Of a DNA stretch of 48,742 bases, positions 18,984 through 28,638 are shown piece by piece; the first letter of the stretch is position 1, and every line of letters begins with the position of its first letter. Source of the stretch: Candidatus Parcubacteria bacterium (GTDB lineage Bacteria > Patescibacteriota > Patescibacteriia > UBA1558 > GWA2-36-10); NCBI GenBank assembly GCA_018664825.1, contig JABJNO010000017.1, positions 1 through 48,742 of the forward strand. The letters are read 5' to 3'. The notes beneath the pieces are model-generated. The model saw nothing but the letters and a program-made list of their open reading frames with translations, made no database searches and was not told the origin of the DNA. A program made the translations under genes and the position numbers.

Positions 18984-20546
18984 TTATCTTAATAATTCTT
19001 TGGCTTTTTTCAATTGCTCGTCAGAATAAAGTGTATTTTCTACTACATAATCAGGAACCAGTCCCACATCTTGGAGTGATTTGCTATCAGAAGTGAGCCA
19101 TTCAAAAACCGTAAACTTCAAAGCTGAGCCATCAGGGAAATTTTGAATAGATTGGCCTGTACCTTTACCAAAAGTAGTTTGCCCTACTACTTGAGCTACG
19201 TTATTTTCATCCAAGGCTGAGGTAAATATCTCACTCGCCGAAGCTGAGCCCTCATTTACCAGGATGATAGTCGGGATATTTATTTCTCTATCTATGCGAG
19301 AAGTATATTGAAATGTTTGTTCAGGGAATTTTTCTTGCATTATCAAAGCACCTTCGGGCAGCCAATAATCTGCCAGTTGAACAGCTGAGTTTGTATAACC
19401 ACCTGGATTGTTTCGCAAATCTATAATCAATCCATCAGTAGAACCATCAACCACTTTTGCACGAGCAGAATCAAATTCATTTTTTAGATTTATAGAAAAT
19501 ATATTTATTTTTATATAAGCAATATTGTTGTCCAGTTTTTTACTCTCAACATTTGGCAAATTTATTTCTTCTCGAATAATAGATACTTTGAAAGTTTCAT
19601 TTGTACTTGGTCGGTAGATTTCCAAAATCACAGTTGTACCCGCCTCACCCTTTATCAAGGCAACTGCATCATCCAGAGTAAAACCACGAATATCTACATC
19701 GTCTACTATCCAGATCTGATCTTGAGCCTGAAGTCCAGCTTTTTGCGCTGGAGAGCCATTGAGTGGAGAGATAATCATTAGGACATCTTCGAGGGTTTCA
19801 ACCATTGCTCCGATTCCTTGGACAGATGATCCGCCGGACAATTTTTTCTTAAAAGCACTACTGTCTTTGGGAGTAAAAAATTCTGTGTAGGGATCCTCTA
19901 AAGAATCAGCCATACCTTTTAGTGAGCCATAAAACAATGTTTTATCGTCTGCTTTGTCAGCTTGGTAGTAGTTGTTTTGTAATAATCGATAAAGTTCCCA
20001 ATAATTTTCAAAATCAAATTCATCTTTATCGGTTTCAATAAAATTTTTGTTTTCAGTGACTGGGAAAATTTTTAATTTGGAAGAAGACATATCGATAGCC
20101 AGGGCTTTTAGAGTATCCAGTCCTTTTTTACCGTTTTGGATAAGATGGCGTCTATTATCAAGTGGGTTTACATACCAAGCTTCACCATTTTCTTCTACTT
20201 GGAGTAAAAATTGTCCTCGTTTTTTGTAGCTTAGTTCATAATCAATATCGGTACTAGAAGAGTCAATAGCAATGCTCTCGAGATCTTTATTGTGTATACC
20301 AACACCAAAAGTTTTTAGTAGCCTAGAAACATCTATACCATCTTCTAGTGAATATCTTTCGTGTGTTTCTGGGTCTATATACCAATAGTTTTTATCAAAA
20401 TCCGTATCCTCTACCAGTATACTGCCAGCATATCTTTCTTTGGTCACCTCAGGATCCCAGCCGATGATTATGGTTGCTGCCTGAGAATTTTGAGCATAAA
20501 AAAATACTGCACAAAATACAATCAAAAAAGTAAATAGTTTCTTCAT
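18984..20546 (-). CDS. ctpA: S41 C-terminal processing peptidase with N-terminal extension
   Basis: Signal peptide, DPYT, PDZ (GIG..., SPAQKAGL), DLRNNPGG, SASASE, TFGKG. Confidence 0.92.
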   Translation of the reverse strand: MKKLFTFLIVFCAVFFYAQNSQAATIIIGWDPEVTKERYAGSILVEDTDFDKNYWYIDPETHERYSLEDGIDVSRLLKTFGVGIHNKDLESIAIDSSSTDIDYELSYKKRGQFLLQVEENGEAWYVNPLDNRRHLIQNGKKGLDTLKALAIDMSSSKLKIFPVTENKNFIETDKDEFDFENYWELYRLLQNNYYQADKADDKTLFYGSLKGMADSLEDPYTEFFTPKDSSAFKKKLSGGSSVQGIGAMVETLEDVLMIISPLNGSPAQKAGLQAQDQIWIVDDVDIRGFTLDDAVALIKGEAGTTVILEIYRPSTNETFKVSIIREEINLPNVESKKLDNNIAYIKINIFSINLKNEFDSARAKVVDGSTDGLIIDLRNNPGGYTNSAVQLADYWLPEGALIMQEKFPEQTFQYTSRIDREINIPTIILVNEGSASASEIFTSALDENNVAQVVGQTTFGKGTGQSIQNFPDGSALKFTVFEWLTSDSKSLQDVGLVPDYVVENTLYSDEQLKKAKELLR

Positions 20547-20564
20547 ATATTTATGTTATTATTA

Positions 20565-22082
20565 TTAATCAGTTTTTTTCTTTTCTGTTACCCAAAAACC
20601 TAGGTATTTACCGAGCATCAATCTGGTTTGAGCATCGGTGGCTGGTATTGAGCCAAAAATAATCATAGTAATCGGGAATATAATCCATTGGACAAACATC
20701 AAGATATAGCGAAATATTTTGTTCCAGAAATTTGTCTTAAATTTTTGAGGCATCGGTGGTAGGATAATCACACTCATGATAGCTACCAAAAAAATACCAA
20801 TCAGACCAAAGCGCATCAAATTTTCTAGCATCAATGGTGCATTTTGAGCAAGTACAGAAGTCAGTCCTTGTTTTTCAGCAAAGTAAAGAGGTAAGTAACC
20901 CATGACAAGGATAATCAAAGGGGCGGTTGCCCAAGAATAAACTCCTTCAGTTTGATTCCAAGTATAAATTATTTTTTTGTTCAAAGGAATTTTTTTGTTC
21001 TGAGAAAAAAGCCAAATCATATATGGAAAGTGCTCTACTCCATAGCCCCAGCGTCTCATTTGCTTGTATTGATTTTGGAGGCTACGCCACAAATTACCGA
21101 CATAGACAGTGTCCATGGAGACGGGAATATGCATCGGCTCTACCTGGTAGTCTCCATCATAATGAATAAAGCATTGTAAAAATATTCTAGAGTCTTCGGT
21201 CACGATATTGTTTTGCCAAAAATTGACATCTACCAAAGCCTGCCAACTCATACTATGTGAAGAAAAAGTAAAGAGTCTATCGGGCCTTGCAAGATCTGTT
21301 AGTAGCCAAAAAGTAGTAGAATTTGAGACTACGCGAGTAAAAATATCTGATTGCCAGGCATTGTTGTGATAAAAAGCCATTGGTTGAAAACTGGCTCGGT
21401 ATGGATTTTTGTGTGAGATAAACTTGTGAGTCAAATAAGCAAAATAATCAGGATGAGGAATAGTATCAATATCAAAGGCAGAGACAATCAATTTTTTATA
21501 ATCAAAGCCATGTTCGTCAATATATTTTTTGGCTTCATGCCCAGCATAATATAGATTTGATCCTTTACCAACCATCTCTCCTGGCAGACCAAGTGGATGG
21601 ATAGTAATCAAGATATCATAAAAATATTTTCCGTATTTTTCTTTTATTTTTTTAGCAATTTTTGAAAATTCTTCAGTAAATTTTTCTTCACCAGCTAAAA
21701 CCAATATCATTTTTTTGTGGTCGTATTTGGTTTTTATCAATTGATGAAAAGTGTTGTCGACTACTTCAAATGGCTCTCCGGCAGTGGGTAAAAATAAAAC
21801 ATGATAATACTCGTGCCATCTTTTGTGATGAGTACTTTTGAGAAATTTCCACCAGTCAGTTTTGATTGTATGACGATATTTGAACCAAGAGGTCAATAAA
21901 AATATTAGCATATAAGTAATGCGCAGGACAAAATAGGTATCAAAGGCAATTACAAAATATATACCATAAAGTGGTGATATAATAGATAAAGCAACCACAC
22001 CAATAAAAGTAGCCCAAACTAAAAATCCAGGGATGATTTCTAAAATTCTGTATTTATAATAGTTTTTATAGATTTTTTTCAT
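20565..22082 (-). CDS. Membrane GT2-like glycosyltransferase
   Basis: GKGSN, DID, TED, QMRRW (QxxRW) and flanking TM helices. Confidence 0.88.
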   Translation of the reverse strand: MKKIYKNYYKYRILEIIPGFLVWATFIGVVALSIISPLYGIYFVIAFDTYFVLRITYMLIFLLTSWFKYRHTIKTDWWKFLKSTHHKRWHEYYHVLFLPTAGEPFEVVDNTFHQLIKTKYDHKKMILVLAGEEKFTEEFSKIAKKIKEKYGKYFYDILITIHPLGLPGEMVGKGSNLYYAGHEAKKYIDEHGFDYKKLIVSAFDIDTIPHPDYFAYLTHKFISHKNPYRASFQPMAFYHNNAWQSDIFTRVVSNSTTFWLLTDLARPDRLFTFSSHSMSWQALVDVNFWQNNIVTEDSRIFLQCFIHYDGDYQVEPMHIPVSMDTVYVGNLWRSLQNQYKQMRRWGYGVEHFPYMIWLFSQNKKIPLNKKIIYTWNQTEGVYSWATAPLIILVMGYLPLYFAEKQGLTSVLAQNAPLMLENLMRFGLIGIFLVAIMSVIILPPMPQKFKTNFWNKIFRYILMFVQWIIFPITMIIFGSIPATDAQTRLMLGKYLGFWVTEKKKTD

Positions 22083-23167
22083 AATGCATATTTGTCAGCT
22101 TCGATTCCTACTGCCTTTGATATGTGACCAAAATTGTCTTGTTTTAGATGTTTATCTAATCCTTTGTTTATAGCGTGGATACTCATTGGTCCACCGTAGA
22201 TAAAGCCAGTTGCAATCTGCAATAGATCAGCTCCTGCTTTTATCTTGTCGTAGGCGTCTGTTGCATCAAAGATACCTCCGACACCAACAATTTTATATTT
22301 ATTTTCACCATTTTTATAAAGATAACTAATGATTTTATTTGACTGAAGGGCAATGGATTTACCAGATACTCCACCTTGTTTGTCTCGATTTTTTGATTTT
22401 AGATTTAGGTGGTCTCTTTTTTTTGAGAGATTGCAAGCTACAATAGCAGCTACTTTATATTTTTTGGCAAGATAAATAATATCATCTAGCTCAGCAGTGT
22501 TTAGGTCGGGACCAATTTTTAGCCAAATCGGTTGATTGTATTTATTTAGTGAGGCTATATTGTTTAGGATGGGTTCCAAGATTTCTTTTTTTTGTAAGCC
22601 CGTAAAGTCTTTTACATTGGGACAGCTCAGATTGATAGTGATGATGTCACCAAGGCCATTGAGAAATTCAAAGGCCATGCCATAGTCTTCGGCAGCACCT
22701 TCCATTGGTGCTCTGGTTGATTTGGCAATACTGACAGACCATAGAGTCTTTTTATTTTTACCTTGCTGTTTTATTTTATCTACCATGGCTGCTGCTCCTG
22801 GATTGGGAATTCCATAGTAGACTACAATACCCCTGTCTTTTGGTAGGCGCCATAGTCTAGGTTTGGGGTTACCTGGTTGTTCTAGGTTGGTGATTGATCC
22901 AATTTGTACCCAACCAAAACCAAAGGCAGGCCAAGCGTTTGGTACAGCAGCGTGTTTGTCCATACCAGCAGCTAGACCAATGGGGGTTTTAAAATCCAGA
23001 CCCCAGATTTGTTGTTTGAGCCTGAGTGAGTCTACTCGAGTTATACGGTTGACGATATTATAAAAAAAGCTGTAGTTCAGTATTTTTAGATATTTGATAG
23101 TAAAGCTGTGGACTTTTTCAGCATCAAATAAAAATAAAATTGGTCGAATAATTTTTTGGTACAGCAT
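22079..23167 (-). CDS. pyrD: Dihydroorotate dehydrogenase (quinone, class 2)
   Basis: DAEKVH, GLAAGMDK, QPGNPKPRL, NLSCPN, GGVSG, GVGGI. Confidence 0.95.
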   Translation of the reverse strand: MLYQKIIRPILFLFDAEKVHSFTIKYLKILNYSFFYNIVNRITRVDSLRLKQQIWGLDFKTPIGLAAGMDKHAAVPNAWPAFGFGWVQIGSITNLEQPGNPKPRLWRLPKDRGIVVYYGIPNPGAAAMVDKIKQQGKNKKTLWSVSIAKSTRAPMEGAAEDYGMAFEFLNGLGDIITINLSCPNVKDFTGLQKKEILEPILNNIASLNKYNQPIWLKIGPDLNTAELDDIIYLAKKYKVAAIVACNLSKKRDHLNLKSKNRDKQGGVSGKSIALQSNKIISYLYKNGENKYKIVGVGGIFDATDAYDKIKAGADLLQIATGFIYGGPMSIHAINKGLDKHLKQDNFGHISKAVGIEADKYAL

Positions 23168-23436
23168 TATTTTTGTTTTTTAATTTCAATCACAGAATTA
23201 TTAAAAAGAAGATTATAAATCACATTGACTAATCGAGTATCTAGGTTGTGTACAGAGGCCTTGTATTTTACTTTATTGAGGACTTCTTGTTCACGCTTGT
23301 AGTCACGGATTTGTCCATTTACTTTGACTTTGGCCAAGTCCTTGGCTAGTTTGTTACGCTTGGCCAAAAGACCTATGATCTCCTGATCGATATCATCAAT
23401 ATTTTCTCTTATTTTAGCTAGTTTTTTATTATCCAT
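23167..23436 (-). CDS. Stand-alone chorismate mutase type II (AroQ-like)
   Basis: IRENIDDIDQEII.LL.KR, RDYKRE. Confidence 0.85.
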   Translation of the reverse strand: MDNKKLAKIRENIDDIDQEIIGLLAKRNKLAKDLAKVKVNGQIRDYKREQEVLNKVKYKASVHNLDTRLVNVIYNLLFNNSVIEIKKQK

Positions 23437-23508
23437 AACTTAAATTTAGTAGCTATAATTTACCAGAAATCAGTATATTTTTCAACCTATAGTAAAAAGA
23501 CCTATATT

Positions 23509-23973
23509 TTAGGTCTCTATGATTTCATGACTGATTATCTTGTCTTTTTTATCAAAATGAAATTTGCCTTTAAATGTTTTGTTTTCCAAAAAAAGCGGAA
23601 ACCAATATGGATCATCGGACCACATTTTTTTGAAAGGAATCTCAGAAACATCAAACCAAGCTGGTTTCATCTCCTCTGTTTCTTCGGGTGTGCCACCATA
23701 TTTGGTACTTTTAAAAATATGTACTTCCAAGATTTCATCTTTATGCTCAAAACTAAAATCTATCTCTCCAAGTTTTCGTAAATCAAGTAATTCTATACTA
23801 GCTTCTTCAAAAGTTTCTCGAACTGCAGACTCTTCTATTGTTTCATCCTTTTCTACTTTACCACCAAAACCATTCCATCTATTCATACCAAAACCACGTT
23901 TTTTGAGCCCTAACAAAACCTTGTCCTCTTGATGGACAATAGCGATGGTCATTATAATTTTTTTAGTAGGCAT
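23509..23973 (-). CDS. Nudix hydrolase, MTH1/NUDT1-like
   Basis: LLGLKKRGFG..RWNGFGGKVE..RE..EE, TEEMKP.WF, MWSDD.YW. Confidence 0.92.
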   Translation of the reverse strand: MPTKKIIMTIAIVHQEDKVLLGLKKRGFGMNRWNGFGGKVEKDETIEESAVRETFEEASIELLDLRKLGEIDFSFEHKDEILEVHIFKSTKYGGTPEETEEMKPAWFDVSEIPFKKMWSDDPYWFPLFLENKTFKGKFHFDKKDKIISHEIIET

Positions 23974-23977
23974 AAAA

Positions 23978-24400
23978 TTATTTAAGCAAATCTATAAAAT
24001 CTTCAATACCTACCAATGTATCAAGTTTTTTTATTTCTTGTTTTGTAAACCAGTTTACGTCGGAAACTTCTTGATCCATTGGACGTGGATTTCCAGAGAC
24101 TATTTGGGCTTCATAACACATAACTATTACGTGGATTTGATTTCCGCCAGCCCTTGCCCACACCTTGGATTGTATTTTTGGTAGAATTTTTTTGATCAAG
24201 ACATCACAACCTATTTCTTCTTGGCATTCTCTTATTAGGGCTTCTTCAGGACTTTCTCCAAAATCTATTTTTCCTCCAGGAAACTCCCATTTTCCATGAG
24301 CAGTAGCTATAGCGGGGTCATTTCTTTGTTGTAAAAGTATTTTCCCTTCTTTATTTTTTATAAGTGCTATGACAGCTGTTAGTTGTTTTTTATTTCCCAT
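23978..24400 (-). CDS. MutT-like Nudix hydrolase
   Basis: WEFPGGKIDFGESPEEALIRECQEEIG Nudix box. Confidence 0.92.
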   Translation of the reverse strand: MGNKKQLTAVIALIKNKEGKILLQQRNDPAIATAHGKWEFPGGKIDFGESPEEALIRECQEEIGCDVLIKKILPKIQSKVWARAGGNQIHVIVMCYEAQIVSGNPRPMDQEVSDVNWFTKQEIKKLDTLVGIEDFIDLLK

Positions 24401-24408
24401 AGTTTTTT

Positions 24409-24942
24409 CTATCCTTTGGCACGTTTTAGGATTTCATTTATAACATCCGATTTACCAGAATCATATTTGTGATAATTATTGGCATATTTTGCGTACAATT
24501 CTTTTTTTGTATTGATGTATAGTTCTCGATCTTCTTTGTTGTTTAGGATGTGATTTCGAAAAGCAAGAATACTATCAATTTTGGGATGACCTTGAGGAAG
24601 TGTATGCACACTAGTGATTCTTTTGCCCTCTTCATTGTCTTCGGTAAAATATTCTTCACCAACTTTTATATAATCACCACGAGAAGTAAAACCATTTTTA
24701 GCCATTTTATCAACAACGGTTTTATCTCGGACATCATCCAGATCTTTCACTTCTACCATAATATCAATTTGTGTTTTAGCTATCATGTTTGGTATAGAAG
24801 TACTGCCGATATGATATACATTTAGTACTGTATCTCCCATAACCTCCAAAATCAATTTCTTCTTGGCCTCAAAAAGCTTGGGCCAGCTTGGGTCATATGG
24901 AGATAGTTTGAAAGGCCTGTGTGGTTTTGTGTTATTTCCCAT
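24409..24942 (-). CDS. GrpB/UPF0157 family protein (second copy)
   Basis: YDPSWP..F, HIGSTSIP..AK..IDI, FRNH. Confidence 0.9.
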   Translation of the reverse strand: MGNNTKPHRPFKLSPYDPSWPKLFEAKKKLILEVMGDTVLNVYHIGSTSIPNMIAKTQIDIMVEVKDLDDVRDKTVVDKMAKNGFTSRGDYIKVGEEYFTEDNEEGKRITSVHTLPQGHPKIDSILAFRNHILNNKEDRELYINTKKELYAKYANNYHKYDSGKSDVINEILKRAKG

Positions 24943-24943
24943 G

Positions 24944-25459
24944 TTATTTTTTTTCTTGAAGTTTTTTTTCTAATTCCTGCATCTCTTGTTCATAATCAGA
25001 AAACTTTCCAAGTCCCACTTCTTCTCTTCTTTTATTTAGTTCTTCTATATTTTCAATTGGTCGAGGTCCAAAATTTCCTTGGTCATCTGTATAGAATTGG
25101 GTTCCAAAGATTTGTGGCCGGCCGCTATTTACTAGTATTCTATCCGTTAGGTAGGCTTCGTTTTTCTTTTCGGCCTCACCTTTGGTAGTTGCCTCTTTTA
25201 ACAATTCAAGAGCTTGTTTTTGAAAATCTATATCATGATCAGCATGTTGTATCAAGAGCCATGCCCCATAAGCAGCCTCTGCTCCTACTAGAGATTTTCC
25301 TGGCCAACCAAATTCAGTTATGATTTCTTTCATGCGGAGAGCATTTTGTCTATCAATTTCTGGATCACACTGATTGGTTTCTCTCATATTTTGATCAACC
25401 TCAACCATCGCTAGGATTTCTTGTTGTAGCGGTTGATTGATATTTTCTATTTGCTCCAT
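24944..25459 (-). CDS. DUF6624-like hypothetical protein
   Basis: DQNMR, GWPGKSLVG, AWLLIQHAD, AYLTDR, Q.FGTQF, RR.EVGL; start moved to ATG 25459 just after the secA stop. Confidence 0.8.
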   Translation of the reverse strand: MEQIENINQPLQQEILAMVEVDQNMRETNQCDPEIDRQNALRMKEIITEFGWPGKSLVGAEAAYGAWLLIQHADHDIDFQKQALELLKEATTKGEAEKKNEAYLTDRILVNSGRPQIFGTQFYTDDQGNFGPRPIENIEELNKRREEVGLGKFSDYEQEMQELEKKLQEKK

Positions 25460-25460
25460 T

Positions 25461-28214
25461 TTATTTCCCATGACATTTTTTGTATTTCTTACCAGATCCA
25501 CAAGGACAAGGGTCATTGCGACCTACTTTGTTACCTTCGTCGTTTCGAGGTTTTGATTCTATCACCTGGTCTTTTTCTTGTCGGTTTTGTACTTGTTTTT
25601 GAAAAGGAGAAAATCCAGCTTTTTGCTCTTGGAATTTGGCCTCAGCTTCACCTGGCATTTGCCTGGCTACCTTGGAGCGAGCTACACCTATTTTATAAAT
25701 AGAATAAACAATTTGTTTACGTATAGAATCAAGCAAGGTGTTGAAAAGATTATAAGCTTCGCGCTTGTATTCTACTAGTGGATCTCGTTGGCCGTAGCCT
25801 TGGAGACCAATACCAGTACGGAGTTTGTCCATAGCTGTCAGGTGCTCTACCCAAAGTGTATCAATACTACGCAATACTATACCTCTTTCTACTAGTTGCA
25901 TTGGTTGGAATTCTTTGTTTGGACTTTCGACACTGGTATTTACTTCGGCTGTGATGCCCAAGTATTTTTCTTTGGCTATAGAGTTTAGATAGTCTATTAC
26001 CTCTCCTCGTTTATCATGAGAGTTTTCTTTTTGGTTGTTGGCTAGTAGTTCTTTGGTTTTCTTTTCTTCATCAGAAGTGATTGGGAAAATTGACTTGATA
26101 GTTTCCAGGATTTCCTTGGGATCAAAGTCTCCTGCATTTTTTTCGGCCAAAGTATGAAAAGAAACCACATTTTCAATTTCTTTAAAAACATATTCTAGTA
26201 CTATATCTTGAGAAGTTTTGTCTATTTGTTTTTCGTTGTCAGAAAATAATTGTAAAAGTTCTTGACGTGAATCATAAATTACATGACGATGTTTGTTTAT
26301 TACATCATCGTACTCTACTAGATGTTTGCGGATATCAAAGTTGTGACCCTCTACTTTTTTTTGGGCACCTTCGATAGAATTTGAAATCATTTTGTTTTCA
26401 ATAGCAGTGTCATCGGCTAGTCCTAGTCTTTCCATGACAGTTTTGATTCGGTCAGAACCAAATATCCTCATCAGATCATCTTCTAATGAAATATAAAATT
26501 GACTACTTCCAGCGTCACCCTGACGTCCAGCCCGACCACGGAGCTGATTGTCTATACGACGAGATTCGTGTCTTTCTGTACCGACTACATGTAAACCACC
26601 TACGGCTTTGATTTCGTCATTTTTTTCTTTATCAAATGGTGCACCACCCAAAATAATATCAACACCACGACCAGCCATATTGGTAGCCACCGTGACAGCA
26701 CCCTTACGTCCAGCTTGGGCAATTATTTCAGCTTCTTTTTCGTGAAATTTGGCGTTGAGTAGTTTGTGAGGGACACCAGCTTTTTCCAAAAATTTTCCTA
26801 ATAGTTCATTTTTTTCTATAGAAATAGTACCAACCAAGACAGGTTGACCTTTGGCATGTCTCTCTTTAATTTCTTTGACAATAGACATCAATTTACCACG
26901 TTCATTTTTGTAAATTTTATCTCTCATGTCATCACGAGCAAAAGGCTTGTTAGTAGGGATGACGGTCACATCAAGACTATAGATTTTGGCCATCTCCTCT
27001 GCTTCGGTAGCAGCTGTACCAGTCATACCAGCTAGCTTGCTAAACATTCTAAAATAATTTTGAAAAGTGACAGTAGCTAGGGTCATACTTTCTTTTTGTA
27101 TTTCTACACCTTCTTTGGCTTCGATAGCCTGGTGAAGGCCTTCACTATATCTTCGGCCTTGCATCATACGACCAGTAAACTCATCTATGATGACCACTTC
27201 ATTGTCCCTGACCACATAATCTCTGTCTTTTACAAACAAAGTCTTGGCTTTTAAGGCAGATTCAATATAATGGACAGTGCCTACGCCATCACTTTCATAA
27301 ATATTATCAATTCCTAATTGTTTTTCCATTTTAGTGACACCTTCTTCGGTCAAGGTGACTGCTTTCATTTTTTCATCAATATTGTAGTCAGTATTTTCTA
27401 CTAGACTACTTATCATTTGAGAAAATTGTTGATATTTGGTGGCAGTACTTTCGGCTGGAGCAGATATAATCAATGGAGTTCGAGCTTCATCAATCAAAAT
27501 ACTATCGACTTCATCGACAATAGCATAATGCAATCCTCTTTGGACTTGCATGTTATGATCTTGGGCCATATTGTCACGCAGATAATCAAAGCCAAATTCA
27601 TTGTTGGTACCATAAGTAATATCAGCGGCATAGGCCTCTTTTCTTTCTACTGGCTTGAGATAATCCATTTCTACTTTGACTACTAGATCATCCTGATTTT
27701 TGGCAGATTCGTTATCTGGGTCATATAAGAAAGATGCTTCATGGGTGATTATACCAGTGCTCAGTCCTAGGAAATTATAAATTTTGGCCATCCAGACAGC
27801 ATCACGCTTGGCTAGATAATCATTGACAGTGATCAGATGTACACCATTGCCTGCTAGAGCATTTAGATAAATCGGTAAGGTAGACATCAAGGTTTTACCT
27901 TCACCTGTTTTCATTTCAGCGATTTGCCCTTGGTGTAGGACAATGCCAGCAATCAACTGGACATCATAATGCCGTTGACCCAAAGTACGCTTGGCCGCTT
28001 CTCGGACAAGAGCAAAAGCAGGTACCATAACTTCATCTAGCTTGGTACCATCTTTTATATTTTTTTTGAGCTCTAAACTTTTATTTTTTATCTCCTCATC
28101 AGAGAATGCCTCATATTCTTTTTCCAGGCCATTGATTTCGTCAATTTGTGGTTGCAAGCTTTTCAAGAATTTTTCATTGGCATCTCCAAAGAATTTATTC
28201 AAAAATTTCATCAT
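25461..28214 (-). CDS. secA: Preprotein translocase ATPase SecA
   Basis: MKTGEGKT, DEVDSILIDEARTPLIIS, TNMAGRG, QLRGRAGRQGD, C-terminal GRNDPCPCGSGKKYKKCH. Confidence 0.99.
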   Translation of the reverse strand: MMKFLNKFFGDANEKFLKSLQPQIDEINGLEKEYEAFSDEEIKNKSLELKKNIKDGTKLDEVMVPAFALVREAAKRTLGQRHYDVQLIAGIVLHQGQIAEMKTGEGKTLMSTLPIYLNALAGNGVHLITVNDYLAKRDAVWMAKIYNFLGLSTGIITHEASFLYDPDNESAKNQDDLVVKVEMDYLKPVERKEAYAADITYGTNNEFGFDYLRDNMAQDHNMQVQRGLHYAIVDEVDSILIDEARTPLIISAPAESTATKYQQFSQMISSLVENTDYNIDEKMKAVTLTEEGVTKMEKQLGIDNIYESDGVGTVHYIESALKAKTLFVKDRDYVVRDNEVVIIDEFTGRMMQGRRYSEGLHQAIEAKEGVEIQKESMTLATVTFQNYFRMFSKLAGMTGTAATEAEEMAKIYSLDVTVIPTNKPFARDDMRDKIYKNERGKLMSIVKEIKERHAKGQPVLVGTISIEKNELLGKFLEKAGVPHKLLNAKFHEKEAEIIAQAGRKGAVTVATNMAGRGVDIILGGAPFDKEKNDEIKAVGGLHVVGTERHESRRIDNQLRGRAGRQGDAGSSQFYISLEDDLMRIFGSDRIKTVMERLGLADDTAIENKMISNSIEGAQKKVEGHNFDIRKHLVEYDDVINKHRHVIYDSRQELLQLFSDNEKQIDKTSQDIVLEYVFKEIENVVSFHTLAEKNAGDFDPKEILETIKSIFPITSDEEKKTKELLANNQKENSHDKRGEVIDYLNSIAKEKYLGITAEVNTSVESPNKEFQPMQLVERGIVLRSIDTLWVEHLTAMDKLRTGIGLQGYGQRDPLVEYKREAYNLFNTLLDSIRKQIVYSIYKIGVARSKVARQMPGEAEAKFQEQKAGFSPFQKQVQNRQEKDQVIESKPRNDEGNKVGRNDPCPCGSGKKYKKCHGK

Positions 28215-28217
28215 ATA

Positions 28218-28580
28218 TTAGTCTTCACTTCTTTTCCAGAATTTTAGTGATTTAAAGTATCTTCTTTTTTTACGTTGTTTGCTGATATTTTTTTCTTTGT
28301 ACTTCACCAGTTGTCTAGCTACTATATCTTGGACAATATCTACTGCCGCATAAGCATCACTGTTTGTCTCTGATACTTGGATAGTATGTTTGTTTGGCAT
28401 AGTGATATTGAGACCAACGGTAAAGACTTCACCTTTTTTGTGGTGTTGGTCTCGAGCCAGCTCAATATTGACTGATTCAATATCATTTTTATATTTTTTT
28501 AGACCTTGCAATTTTTCTTTCAAGTATTTTTTGAAAGCAGGTGTTAGGTCGAATTTTTTATTATAAATTTTAATATTCAT
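28218..28580 (-). CDS. hpf: Ribosome hibernation factor (short HPF/RaiA family)
   Basis: LTPAFKKYL.EK, D.YAAVD..RQL.KYKEK; typical position upstream of secA. Confidence 0.88.
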   Translation of the reverse strand: MNIKIYNKKFDLTPAFKKYLKEKLQGLKKYKNDIESVNIELARDQHHKKGEVFTVGLNITMPNKHTIQVSETNSDAYAAVDIVQDIVARQLVKYKEKNISKQRKKRRYFKSLKFWKRSED

Positions 28581-28638
28581 ATCTTTAAATTTAGGCTATT
28601 TATACATTAAACTTACCAAATAGCGTAGTGATTGGCAA

